The notes beneath the pieces were generated by a model that was not told where the DNA came from, did not search any database, and was given only the letters and a program-made list of their open reading frames with translations. The translations under genes were made by a program, and so were the position numbers. A stretch of 64,000 nt of DNA from Candidatus Eiseniibacteriota bacterium (lineage in GTDB: Bacteria; Eisenbacteria; RBG-16-71-46; JAFGJU01). The DNA is taken from positions 1,900,047 through 1,964,046 of the forward strand of contig CP070702.1 of the NCBI GenBank assembly GCA_020349905.1. The letters run 5' to 3'. Positions 1-8,636 of the stretch are shown piece by piece; the first letter of the stretch is position 1, and each line of letters begins with the position of its first letter.

Positions 1-70
1 GGTCGTGTTGCAAGGGCTTTCGGAATAGTAAGAAAGACCGCGCAACTACCATGGTCAAAGGAGGAATCTC

Positions 71-1585
71 ATGCTTTGCGCCTGGCGAAAGCGGTCCAAC
101 CTTGCCTTCCTTCTGGCCGTCTTGGCCCTCTTCGTCCTGGCCTCTCCTGTTCTGGGGGGAACTTTCGAGGACTTGGAGAACGAGGTGGTCGAGAAAGTGC
201 TTCCCAACGGGCTGAAGGTCATTCTGCTCCCCAGGCCTGTCGCCCCCGTGGTCTCGATGGCGACGTACGCCAACGTTGGCTCTTCAGACGAGCACACGGG
301 CATCACCGGCCTGGCCCACATATTCGAACACATGGCTTTCAAGGGCACGGAGAGCATAGGCACGAAGGACTACAAGAAGGAGGAGGAGGCCATAAGAAAG
401 GTGGACCAGGCCTTCCTGGCACTCAAGGCCGAAAGAAACAAACGCCACCTGGCTTCGCCGGAGAAGCTGGAGAAGCTCGAACAGGCTTTCAAACAGGCCC
501 AGGACGAGGCGGCGGAGTACGTGGTTTCGAACCAGCTCGGAGAGGTCCTGGAGAAGCAGGGCGCCGCGGGTCTCAACGCCTATACCAGTTTCGACCAGAC
601 TGTCTACCACTATTCCCTTCCCTCCAACAAGCTGGAGCTCTGGGCGGCGGTTGAGGCCGACAGGTTCACCAATCCCGTGCTTCGAGAGTTCTACAAAGAG
701 ACCAGCGTGATACGCGAGGAGAGGAGGATGGGCATCGAGAGCTCCCCGAACGGCAAGCTCTTCGAGGAGGCCCTGGCCGCAGCCTACAAGGCGCATCCCT
801 ACCACGTCCTGGTCATAGGGCACATGTCCGACCTGGAGTCGATAACCCGTGAGGAAGCCAGAGCGTGGTTCAGGAAGTATTACTGCGGCAGCAATCTCAC
901 CGCCTGCGTGGTGGGTGACGTGAATCCCAAGACCGCGATGTCCTTGCTTGAGAAGCACCTCGCACGAATCCCCTCCGGGGAAAGACCGGTTCCGGTTGAG
1001 ACCGTGGAGCCGGCCCAGCTGGGTCTGAAGAGAATCAACGTGGAGGACCCTGCCCAACCCTTCCTCGCGATGGCCTACCACAAGCCCGACGCCAACGACC
1101 CCGACAATGCCACGTACGAGGTCATCACCACGCTCATGGGTCAGGGCAGGACGTCCCGGCTTTACAAGAGACTGGTCAAGGAGGACAAGCTGGCGCTCGC
1201 CGCTGGATGCATGAGCCTCGGGGAGAAATACCCCGGACTATTCATCTACTTCGCGCTTCCGAACAAGGACAAGACTACCGCCGAGAATGAGGCGGTCATT
1301 CTCGAGGAAATAGAACGTCTCAAGACCGAACCCGTCTCCGAGGACGAATTGAACGGAGTGAAGACGCGAAAGAAGGCGGAGTTCATCAACTCTTTAGACA
1401 GCAATATGGGCCTCGCCATCAACCTCGCGAATTTCGAGAATCTGACGGGCTCGTGGAGAAACATGTTTAGGCAGTTGGAACAGATAGAAAGCGTGGCGGC
1501 CGAGGACATACAGAGAGTGGCCAAGAAGTGTTTCGTCAAGAAGAACTGCACGATCGCGGAGATAGTGAAGCCAGAGAGCGAGTAG
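71..1585 (+). CDS. M16 (pitrilysin/insulinase) family zinc peptidase, predicted active subunit, secreted
   Basis: HxxEH inverted zinc motif 'HIFEHMAFKGTE'; N-terminal signal peptide 'LAFLLAVLALFVLASPVLGG'; RBS aaGGAGGaatctcATG directly upstream; 504 aa is typical for two-domain M16. Confidence 0.85.
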   Translation: MLCAWRKRSNLAFLLAVLALFVLASPVLGGTFEDLENEVVEKVLPNGLKVILLPRPVAPVVSMATYANVGSSDEHTGITGLAHIFEHMAFKGTESIGTKDYKKEEEAIRKVDQAFLALKAERNKRHLASPEKLEKLEQAFKQAQDEAAEYVVSNQLGEVLEKQGAAGLNAYTSFDQTVYHYSLPSNKLELWAAVEADRFTNPVLREFYKETSVIREERRMGIESSPNGKLFEEALAAAYKAHPYHVLVIGHMSDLESITREEARAWFRKYYCGSNLTACVVGDVNPKTAMSLLEKHLARIPSGERPVPVETVEPAQLGLKRINVEDPAQPFLAMAYHKPDANDPDNATYEVITTLMGQGRTSRLYKRLVKEDKLALAAGCMSLGEKYPGLFIYFALPNKDKTTAENEAVILEEIERLKTEPVSEDELNGVKTRKKAEFINSLDSNMGLAINLANFENLTGSWRNMFRQLEQIESVAAEDIQRVAKKCFVKKNCTIAEIVKPESE

Positions 1586-1640
1586 CTGCCCCGGGGGCAC
1601 GGACGATGACTCCGGTGTCCTCTGCCGAAAGGAGTAAATC

Positions 1641-3776
1641 ATGAAACGCACTGTCGAGATGATTAGCCCGTCGATCATCTTGTTGCTTCTGGTTTCTCTT
1701 CCGGCTCTGGCGCTGGGCGCAGAGCTGAACGTGGAGAAACTGAAATACCCGAAGCTGAATGAGATCGTGATGCCCGAGGTGCAGGAGATCACGTTGCCCA
1801 ACGGAATGACCGTGATGCTGGTCGAGGACCACGAACTCCCGCTCGTCAAGATGAAGGCCCTAATAAGGGCCGGAACCGTGTACGAGCCTACTGGAATGGC
1901 CGGACTCACGGAGATGTTCGGCGAGGCATGGAGGACCGGAGGCACAGCTTCGTGGACCGGCGACGAGATCGACGAAATCCTGGAGTCGATCGGAGCAACG
2001 ATCGAGGGCGGCATAGGCGAAGGAAGCGCCACTCTCTCAGCGAATACCATGACCGAAAGCTTCGACCAGGTGCTGGACATCTTTAGAGAGATCCTTATGA
2101 CCCCCGTCTTCAGCGAAGACAAGGTTGACCTCGCCAGGACGCGGCTTTCCAGCATAGTCTCCAGGCGTAACGACGAGCCGATGAGCATCCTGATGCGTGA
2201 GTACAGGAAGCTCATATACGGCCCTGCATCCCCGTACGCCAGGCAGTACGAGTACGAAGGCCTGAACAAGCTGGCCAGAGAGGACATGCTGGAATTCCAC
2301 GGCAGGTATTTTCATCCCAACGCGGTCATCTTGGGTGTGTGGGGAGATTTCAAGACGTCGGATATGAAGAAGAAGCTCGAGCAGTCCTTTGCAGAGTGGA
2401 ACTCCGCCGACATCGATTATCCCGAAGTGGCCGAGGTCGACCTCACGCTCAGACCCTCGGTCAACTATGCCGAGAAGAAGGACATCGAGCAGTGCTTCGT
2501 CCTGACCGGCCATCTCTGCATGAGATTGGACGACCCCGACTATCCGGAGTTCTACGTGATGTCCGAGATACTGGGTGGCGGATGGACCTCCCGGATATTC
2601 AAGAAGGTCAGAACCGAGTTGGGGCTGGCCTACGGTGCAGGCGGCGGCCTCATGTCCAGGTACGATTATCCCGGTCCCTTTTATACCTTCTGCTCCACGA
2701 AATTCGCCTCCACTCACCAGGCCATCTCGGCCATGCTGGACGAGGTCAAGAGGATAAGGGAGACGGAAGTCACCGACGCAGAACTGGCGCTGGCCAAGGA
2801 ATCCTACTTGAATTCCTTCGCGTTCAACTTTGACTCCGTGGGAAAGATCCTCTCCAGGCTGATGACTTACAGGTACCACGGCTACCCTCCCGACTTCCTG
2901 CAGAAGACGAGAGCGGCGATCGAGAACGTCACGAAGCAGGACGTTCTGAGAGTGGCCAGGGAGCGCCTGCATCCTGACAAGCTGGTCATCCTGGCCGTGG
3001 GCGACGCCGAGAGGTTTGACAAACCGCTCTCCTCGTTCGGCGCGGTGACCACGCTGGACATAAGCATTCCCGAGCCCGGAGAGGCGGTTCCAGAGCCGAC
3101 CGAGGCCTCTGCAGAGAAGGGGGACGAGATAATGCAGAAGGCGCTGGCCGCCATGGGGGGCGCGGAGAGAGTGCTCTCGTTAAACTCCATCAGCAGCGTC
3201 CTCACTGCTTCCATGAGCACTCCTGCCGGAGACATGACCATCGATATGACGCTGGTGCTTGTCTATCCGGACAGGTTCCGCCTCGACATGCAGACTCCCA
3301 TGGGCGCCGTGGTCCAGACGCTGGACGGGGACTCGGGATGGATGAGCACGCCGCAGGGAGTGATGGCGCTGCAGGGAAGCCAGGCAGCAGAACTGAAGAA
3401 GATGGTCAGGTTCGAACTCTTCAGCGTGCTGAAGGCCTTCGTTAGGGGAGAGGCAGAGATACAGTACCTGGGGGACACCCAGCTGGACGGACACGACGTG
3501 TTCGAGCTCCTTGTGTCTCTGGGGGACGACGCGTCGAGCCGCATGTTTGTGGACAAGAAGGATTACACCATCGTCGGCAATTCCAGAAGGGCGAACACGA
3601 TGGAGGGCCCCGCCGAGATCACCGAGATACTCTCCGACTTCAGAGACGTGGAAGGGCTGAAGGTGAGTTTCGCCTCTGCTCAGAGAGCAGGCGACAAGGA
3701 GGTTTCTTCGTCCTCCATTTCCGAGTTCAAGATAAACCCGGAAGTGGACCTTTCCATATTTGCGAAACCTGAGTAG
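1641..3776 (+). CDS. M16-family peptidase-like protein (no HxxEH, probably the non-catalytic partner) fused to a C-terminal ~250-aa LolA-like/DUF4292-like beta-barrel domain
   Basis: N-terminal 450 aa align in pattern to M16 but the zinc site is replaced ('GLTEMFGEAWRTGG'); signal peptide 'IILLLLVSLPALALGA'; C-terminal region 'MQKALAAMGGAERVLSLNS...FRLDMQTP...DGDSGWMSTPQG...VDKKDYTIVGNSRR' resembles LolA-like lipoprotein-sorting fold proteins; RBS gaaAGGAGtaaatcATG. Confidence 0.75.
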   Translation: MKRTVEMISPSIILLLLVSLPALALGAELNVEKLKYPKLNEIVMPEVQEITLPNGMTVMLVEDHELPLVKMKALIRAGTVYEPTGMAGLTEMFGEAWRTGGTASWTGDEIDEILESIGATIEGGIGEGSATLSANTMTESFDQVLDIFREILMTPVFSEDKVDLARTRLSSIVSRRNDEPMSILMREYRKLIYGPASPYARQYEYEGLNKLAREDMLEFHGRYFHPNAVILGVWGDFKTSDMKKKLEQSFAEWNSADIDYPEVAEVDLTLRPSVNYAEKKDIEQCFVLTGHLCMRLDDPDYPEFYVMSEILGGGWTSRIFKKVRTELGLAYGAGGGLMSRYDYPGPFYTFCSTKFASTHQAISAMLDEVKRIRETEVTDAELALAKESYLNSFAFNFDSVGKILSRLMTYRYHGYPPDFLQKTRAAIENVTKQDVLRVARERLHPDKLVILAVGDAERFDKPLSSFGAVTTLDISIPEPGEAVPEPTEASAEKGDEIMQKALAAMGGAERVLSLNSISSVLTASMSTPAGDMTIDMTLVLVYPDRFRLDMQTPMGAVVQTLDGDSGWMSTPQGVMALQGSQAAELKKMVRFELFSVLKAFVRGEAEIQYLGDTQLDGHDVFELLVSLGDDASSRMFVDKKDYTIVGNSRRANTMEGPAEITEILSDFRDVEGLKVSFASAQRAGDKEVSSSSISEFKINPEVDLSIFAKPE

Positions 3777-3819
3777 CGGGACCTCTGCTCCCTCTCGACG
3801 AACTCAAGAAGTCTTGTCG

Positions 3820-5604
3820 ATGGCCAAGAGGAAACGAGAAGCCGGGAAGCCGAGCGCGGCCAGGTCCGCTAAGCGCGCTCCCTCCGCTCGGAGTAGTCGG
3901 GCGACCGGGCCACTCCCCGAGGTGGCCGCGATCGCCCTGATTGTTCTGATGGTAGTTCTTGTCTACCACAGGGCTCTCCAGTATTTCTTCTTTCAAGACG
4001 ACTTCGTGAGCCTCTGGATAGCCCGGGAGGGCCCGGGCACACTCTGGAGGGTGCTTTCCAGCTACGCCTACTTTGGCCTCGCCCGCGCAGTATTCGGACT
4101 GAACCCCACCGCCTTTCACTTGCTTTCGATGCTGTTCCACGTGGCGAGTGCCGTCCTTGTGTTCTTCATAGCCAGGGCCCTTTCTTGTGGAAGAGGTCCC
4201 TCCCTGTTCGCATCGTCCCTCTTCGCGGTACATCCTTCGCTCTTCGTGCCGCTTTACGCCATCTCCTCCATCGGGGAGATCCTCTCGTGCTTCTTTGCCC
4301 TCTCGGCTGCGCTGTATTTGCTGGTTTCGATAAGGCCGTGGGCTCCGGGAGCGATAATCGCGGTCTCGGCCCTGTTCGTGGCCTCGCTTCTTTCCAAGGA
4401 GACAACGATTCTCTTCCCGCTACTCGTGCTTCCTGTCTTTGCAGCGCGAAGCATGCCGCTCAAGCGAGCCGTTCCCCTGCTGGCGGTCCTGGTGGCCATC
4501 GCGGCGGGCTACGGGGGCTTTCTCTATGCGCAGAACGTGTTCGGAATCCGTGAAGCGGCTCCAGAGACCGGACCGTATCATCTGGCCGTAGGACCCGAAC
4601 TGGTGACTAGTCTTCAGACTTACTTCAAGTGGGCCTTCAACGTCGTGGAGTCTTGGAGAAACAAACCGTTCAACGTCCTGGATGAGGAGGCCCTGCCCTG
4701 GCTTCTGGCGGGCGCAGGTGTGTTGGCGGCCCTCCTGGCCGGCTCCGGAGCTGGAAGAAGGCGAGTGGGATTCTGCCTCATATGGTTCTTCGTCATGCTG
4801 CTACCCGTGGTTCCTCTAGCCGGCCACCCCTATCACTACTATCTTTACATTCCCCTTGCCGGACTCGCGCCGGCTGTCGGGGTATTCCTGACGGAGCGAC
4901 TCAAGAAGGGCCAGATGCAACTGGCGGTCTCAGCCGCTCTCACCGTTGTCATGGTGATTCATTCCGCGCTCCTCGTCGCCAGAATCGAGAGCGCCACGGT
5001 CGACCAGAGTCGCACGCGGCAAGAGCCCACTTTCGACAGGGCCATCGTCTCAGGGAATCTCATCTCGGACCTCACACCCCGGCAGCTTCCCGATGGGGCG
5101 AAGCTCCTTCTGATAAGCCCACTCGATGACTTAAGAGCCGGAAGACTCACCGAGCACCCGCACATTCTGAAGGGAGGCCCGTATTGGGACTCCAACCTGC
5201 GCTCAGCCGTAGCGGAGGGCATCGGCATAAGGCTCTTCTTTCCGCAGGTGGACACGGTGGCCTTTTCAGAGAGGATGAGCCCGGAATTCGAGGGCTTCCT
5301 TCCCCTCCTCTATACGTGGGACGGCCACCTGAGAAGAGTGAAGCCGGCCCAGACGTGGACGGAGGCGGGTCTCCGATACATGCACGAGAACCCTGCGTTC
5401 GCGCGCACCTGTTTCAGAAACGCCGTGGAGGACGACAGTCTTTACGCGGACGCCTACTATCAGCTGGCCCGCATGTCTCTGTCCGAAGCCAGATTCTCTG
5501 AGGCGGCCGATGCGCTCAGGAAGTTTCTCTCGACCGCAGGGACGGACGTGCGAAGGGAAGGAGCCCGGAAGGTCCTCAGAGGCCTTGAGGCACGCGGCTA
5601 CTAG
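3820..5604 (+). CDS. GT-C superfamily membrane glycosyltransferase (PMT_2/GT39- or TMTC-like, candidate protein O-mannosyl/glycosyltransferase) with C-terminal TPR-like repeats
   Basis: Basic cytoplasmic N-terminus, then TM1 followed immediately by 'FFFQDDFVSLWIA' (DD/DE motif in first extracytoplasmic loop typical of GT-C enzymes); ~11 predicted TM helices; C-terminal soluble region with TPR-like 'AYYQLARMSLSEARFSEAADALRKFL'. Start moved to ATG 3820 (MAKRKRE) to avoid overlap with upstream gene. Confidence 0.6.
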   Translation: MAKRKREAGKPSAARSAKRAPSARSSRATGPLPEVAAIALIVLMVVLVYHRALQYFFFQDDFVSLWIAREGPGTLWRVLSSYAYFGLARAVFGLNPTAFHLLSMLFHVASAVLVFFIARALSCGRGPSLFASSLFAVHPSLFVPLYAISSIGEILSCFFALSAALYLLVSIRPWAPGAIIAVSALFVASLLSKETTILFPLLVLPVFAARSMPLKRAVPLLAVLVAIAAGYGGFLYAQNVFGIREAAPETGPYHLAVGPELVTSLQTYFKWAFNVVESWRNKPFNVLDEEALPWLLAGAGVLAALLAGSGAGRRRVGFCLIWFFVMLLPVVPLAGHPYHYYLYIPLAGLAPAVGVFLTERLKKGQMQLAVSAALTVVMVIHSALLVARIESATVDQSRTRQEPTFDRAIVSGNLISDLTPRQLPDGAKLLLISPLDDLRAGRLTEHPHILKGGPYWDSNLRSAVAEGIGIRLFFPQVDTVAFSERMSPEFEGFLPLLYTWDGHLRRVKPAQTWTEAGLRYMHENPAFARTCFRNAVEDDSLYADAYYQLARMSLSEARFSEAADALRKFLSTAGTDVRREGARKVLRGLEARGY

Positions 5605-5698
5605 GCTTCGAGTTAAGACCTTTGTTGCGCCACCTGACTGCTCCCGCCCGCGCGGTGACCCTCCACCCGGCCGCTTATCACTTTCCCTCGTGAGCCTC

Positions 5699-8608
5699 TC
5701 AGTCCAGGACCACGAGCTTTCTCGTCAGGGTGTGCATGGCAGAGGAGAGCTTGAGGAAGTAGACACCGGGAGCCACATCACGCCCCCTCCAGTCTCTGCC
5801 GTCCCAGCTCAGCAGACGGCCGCCCGACACGGGAAGTCCAGAGTAAACGCGTCTCACCACCGCTCCGCGCACGTTCACGACATCCACGGTCACGGGAGTT
5901 CGGGCCTCGACATCGAACGTAACCTCTCCAGGAAATACGGCGGGGTTGGGAGTGGGAAGCCCCAGGTGAAAGCGGCCGGCGCTCCCCGCGGCGTCCACGG
6001 CCCCGAACTCGAAGACCAGGAGACTCCCGCCCGTTGTGGCGCACAGGAGCCGGTAATAAGGAACGACCGCCGCGGCCTCCTCGTCCACCCAGAAGTAGTC
6101 CCCCGCGCCCGAGGCCGGCAGCGATGCAAGTGTCTCCCACGACCCTTGCGACTGTCGCCTCCTCTGCACGTCGAACCTCTGGAAGAACCCGGGAAGAGCT
6201 CTCCAGGAGAGCCTCACGCCTTCCTCCACCCTTTCCGCGGTCAGCTCCCAGACAGGAGGAAAGGCAGGAGTCAGTTCACTCCAGGCCCCCAGCTTTCCCC
6301 AGATTCGGTAGGCCTCGTAAGGCGGGCCGCTCACGCCGGACCACACTATCAGGAACGCGCCGCCACCCTGCTCCGAAAGAGCAGGAGACTCCTCAGGGTC
6401 GGGGCTCTTTGAAACACCGGCTCCTCCTGGGTCCACCACGTCCCCCGCGCTGGCCAGGGGTGTGCCGTAGACATCAGTGTTGCCGCAACGAGTGTCGGTC
6501 CACACAGCCAGGTACCCTCCGACGTCCGAGGCCACGTCCGGTTCGAACTGAAGCCCGGACGCCTGGCTCACGGCCACGGAAGAGGTATCCAGCAGCTCCC
6601 CGGAACGGTTGAGGCGGGCGCCCCGGACGTCTGAATCTGTCGGACCGCTCGAACGTTCCTCCCAGAGCACCAGACACTCCTCTCCAAAACAGCTGACAGA
6701 GGGAGCCATGTCAGGCTTGGGCGAGCTGGAAATCCGTATTCCGGAGCTGTCCAGCACTTCTCCCTGCCGAGTCACTCTGGCGGCGTAGATGTCTGAGTCA
6801 CCGTTGCGGTCATCCTCCCAAACCACGACGTAGGTCGTGTCCAGGAAATCCACTCGCGGGCTCGTCTGGGAATGCTCCGCACCCTGGACAGAGACGAGGA
6901 GGCCCGAGCTTTCCAGCACGAGGCCAGAGCTGGAGACGCGTGCTCCGTAAATGTCGCCGTTCCCGTCCCGATAGTCCTCCCAGACGCAGAAGTACGTCGC
7001 GCCATCGTTAGCCACCGAGGGCGCACCCTGCATCCCATCGTAGGTTGAGACGGGGATGGGCTGGTCCTCCAGCACCTCGCCGGAGCTGTTCACCCTGTGA
7101 CCGTAGATGTCCGTGGGAACCCTATCGTCTGTCCAGACCACCAGGAAATTGGAGCCGTTCGAGGAAACGTCCGCCCAGTATTGATTGCCAAAGAGACTGG
7201 CCACGGCGATCCCCAGCGTGTCCATCACCTCTCCTGAGGGCGACACTCTGGTGGCGTATATGTCCCGGTGTCCCGCCCTGTAATCTTCCCAGACAACAAG
7301 ATGATTGGCTCCACCGTATGCGGCCCTGGGATTGCGCTGCGCATTGCCGGTCATCGACACGAGAAACCCGCAGGGGTCCTGCGGAGTTCCTCCTGCAGAC
7401 ACCCGGCAGGCGTACACGTCGTCATCGATTCCCGAACGGAAGTCCATCCACGCCACCAGCCACTCGCCGCCGGCCACACAGACGGACGGCGCCTGCTCAA
7501 GCTCCCCGACCGTACAGAGTGTGGCCGCAGTCCCTCCGGCCAGTAAGGTATCCAGCCGGCATACCATGACGTTCTCGAACACGCTCACGTCCCTCCAAGC
7601 TGCGAGCAACGTGTCGGCGTGGCAGGAGACCGCGGGGTCGTACTGCCCGCCCGGAGAGGAACAGACTTCCACACCCGTACCGTCCAGAACCGCGCCCGAC
7701 ACGCTGACCCGGGTCCCAAAAAGCTTCTCCTGCACGTTGCGGCCGTCCTGCCAGAGGACTGCGTAGCTGGTGCCGCCGTACGTAACGTCGGGCACCGTCC
7801 TGGCGTTCCCGTCGAGCAGGTTGCAAACAGGGATTCCGAAGACGTCCAGGACCCCACCGGACGCATCGACGCGGGAACCGTATATGCTCCAGTTTGCGAG
7901 CCGCCTGTCCTGCCAGATGACCAGGAAGTCGGTGCCGTCGCTCGCCACTGCGACCTCGGTCTGCTCGTTGCGTTCACCGCAGATGAGAAAGCCGCCCGGG
8001 TCCAGCACATCTCCCGAGAAGGTGACCCTGGCTCCGTAGACGTCAGTTTCTCCTCCTCTTATATCGTGCCATACTACGAGGAAGTGTGAATCGGAAGAAG
8101 CCACCGCGGGAGAACGGGCGTCCGTGCCGCCGCAAACGACAAACGGTTCCGCCCCCAGCGTCTCACCGCCCGGAGAAACGCGTCTGGCCATTATCCGGTC
8201 GAGCCCCTCTTGCCAGACTACCAGGAAGCTGCCACCGCCGAACGCGCAGGCAGGGAATCTCTGGGTGTCCTGGCCGGAACCCACAGGGAACCCAGAGGGG
8301 TCAAGAACTTCGTTTCCCGAGACGCGAGCAGCGTACACCTCTGTTGCGCCCCACCTGCCGTCTTCCCAGACCGCGAGCGCCACTCCGTCTCCGAACGCCA
8401 GCTCAGGGAACCACTGGTCGCCGGACGCACGGCCATATTCGGGGACGCCTCCGAGGTGCGTGGCCGGGCTGCCGTTGCTCAAAAGCGGCAGACGGACGGC
8501 AGGCGCTTCGCCGGTCCTGGAGGCGGCTTCGAGTGGTGGAGACGCAAACACCACGCAGAAGGTCAAGACGATCCAGAGGATTGCAGCGCGCACTTCACCT
8601 GGCCTCAT
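5699..8608 (-). CDS. Large secreted repeat protein: signal peptide, 14 tandem ~50-aa 'W-x-D-x-R...DIYG-x-RV...SGEVLD' repeats (probable beta-propeller), FN3-like domain, T9SS/FlgD-Ig-type C-terminal sorting domain
   Basis: N-terminal 'ILWIVLTFCVVFASPPLEAAS'; 14 units each starting VW/IW/LW-(E/Q/H/T)-D-x-R; C-terminal 90 aa '...VVNVRGAVVRRVYSGLPVSGGRLLSWDGRDWRGRDVAPGVYFLKLSSAMHTLTRKLVVLD' matches T9SS type-A CTD / FlgD Ig-like pattern. Confidence 0.7.
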   Translation of the reverse strand: MRPGEVRAAILWIVLTFCVVFASPPLEAASRTGEAPAVRLPLLSNGSPATHLGGVPEYGRASGDQWFPELAFGDGVALAVWEDGRWGATEVYAARVSGNEVLDPSGFPVGSGQDTQRFPACAFGGGSFLVVWQEGLDRIMARRVSPGGETLGAEPFVVCGGTDARSPAVASSDSHFLVVWHDIRGGETDVYGARVTFSGDVLDPGGFLICGERNEQTEVAVASDGTDFLVIWQDRRLANWSIYGSRVDASGGVLDVFGIPVCNLLDGNARTVPDVTYGGTSYAVLWQDGRNVQEKLFGTRVSVSGAVLDGTGVEVCSSPGGQYDPAVSCHADTLLAAWRDVSVFENVMVCRLDTLLAGGTAATLCTVGELEQAPSVCVAGGEWLVAWMDFRSGIDDDVYACRVSAGGTPQDPCGFLVSMTGNAQRNPRAAYGGANHLVVWEDYRAGHRDIYATRVSPSGEVMDTLGIAVASLFGNQYWADVSSNGSNFLVVWTDDRVPTDIYGHRVNSSGEVLEDQPIPVSTYDGMQGAPSVANDGATYFCVWEDYRDGNGDIYGARVSSSGLVLESSGLLVSVQGAEHSQTSPRVDFLDTTYVVVWEDDRNGDSDIYAARVTRQGEVLDSSGIRISSSPKPDMAPSVSCFGEECLVLWEERSSGPTDSDVRGARLNRSGELLDTSSVAVSQASGLQFEPDVASDVGGYLAVWTDTRCGNTDVYGTPLASAGDVVDPGGAGVSKSPDPEESPALSEQGGGAFLIVWSGVSGPPYEAYRIWGKLGAWSELTPAFPPVWELTAERVEEGVRLSWRALPGFFQRFDVQRRRQSQGSWETLASLPASGAGDYFWVDEEAAAVVPYYRLLCATTGGSLLVFEFGAVDAAGSAGRFHLGLPTPNPAVFPGEVTFDVEARTPVTVDVVNVRGAVVRRVYSGLPVSGGRLLSWDGRDWRGRDVAPGVYFLKLSSAMHTLTRKLVVLD

Positions 8609-8636
8609 GCCTCACCCCTGTGTTGCAGTAGATTTC

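Noticed and set aside
284-1081. Long antisense ORFs throughout (e.g. 284..1081-, 2037..2972-, 8809..10005-, 17727..18713+, 28058..29176+, 29882..30973+, 46438..47397-, 50756..51925+, 55123..56904+)
   Set aside because: They lie opposite well-supported genes. Their translations are R/G/P/H-rich low-complexity strings with no motifs. Such ORFs are typical stop-codon-poor artefacts of GC-rich DNA.
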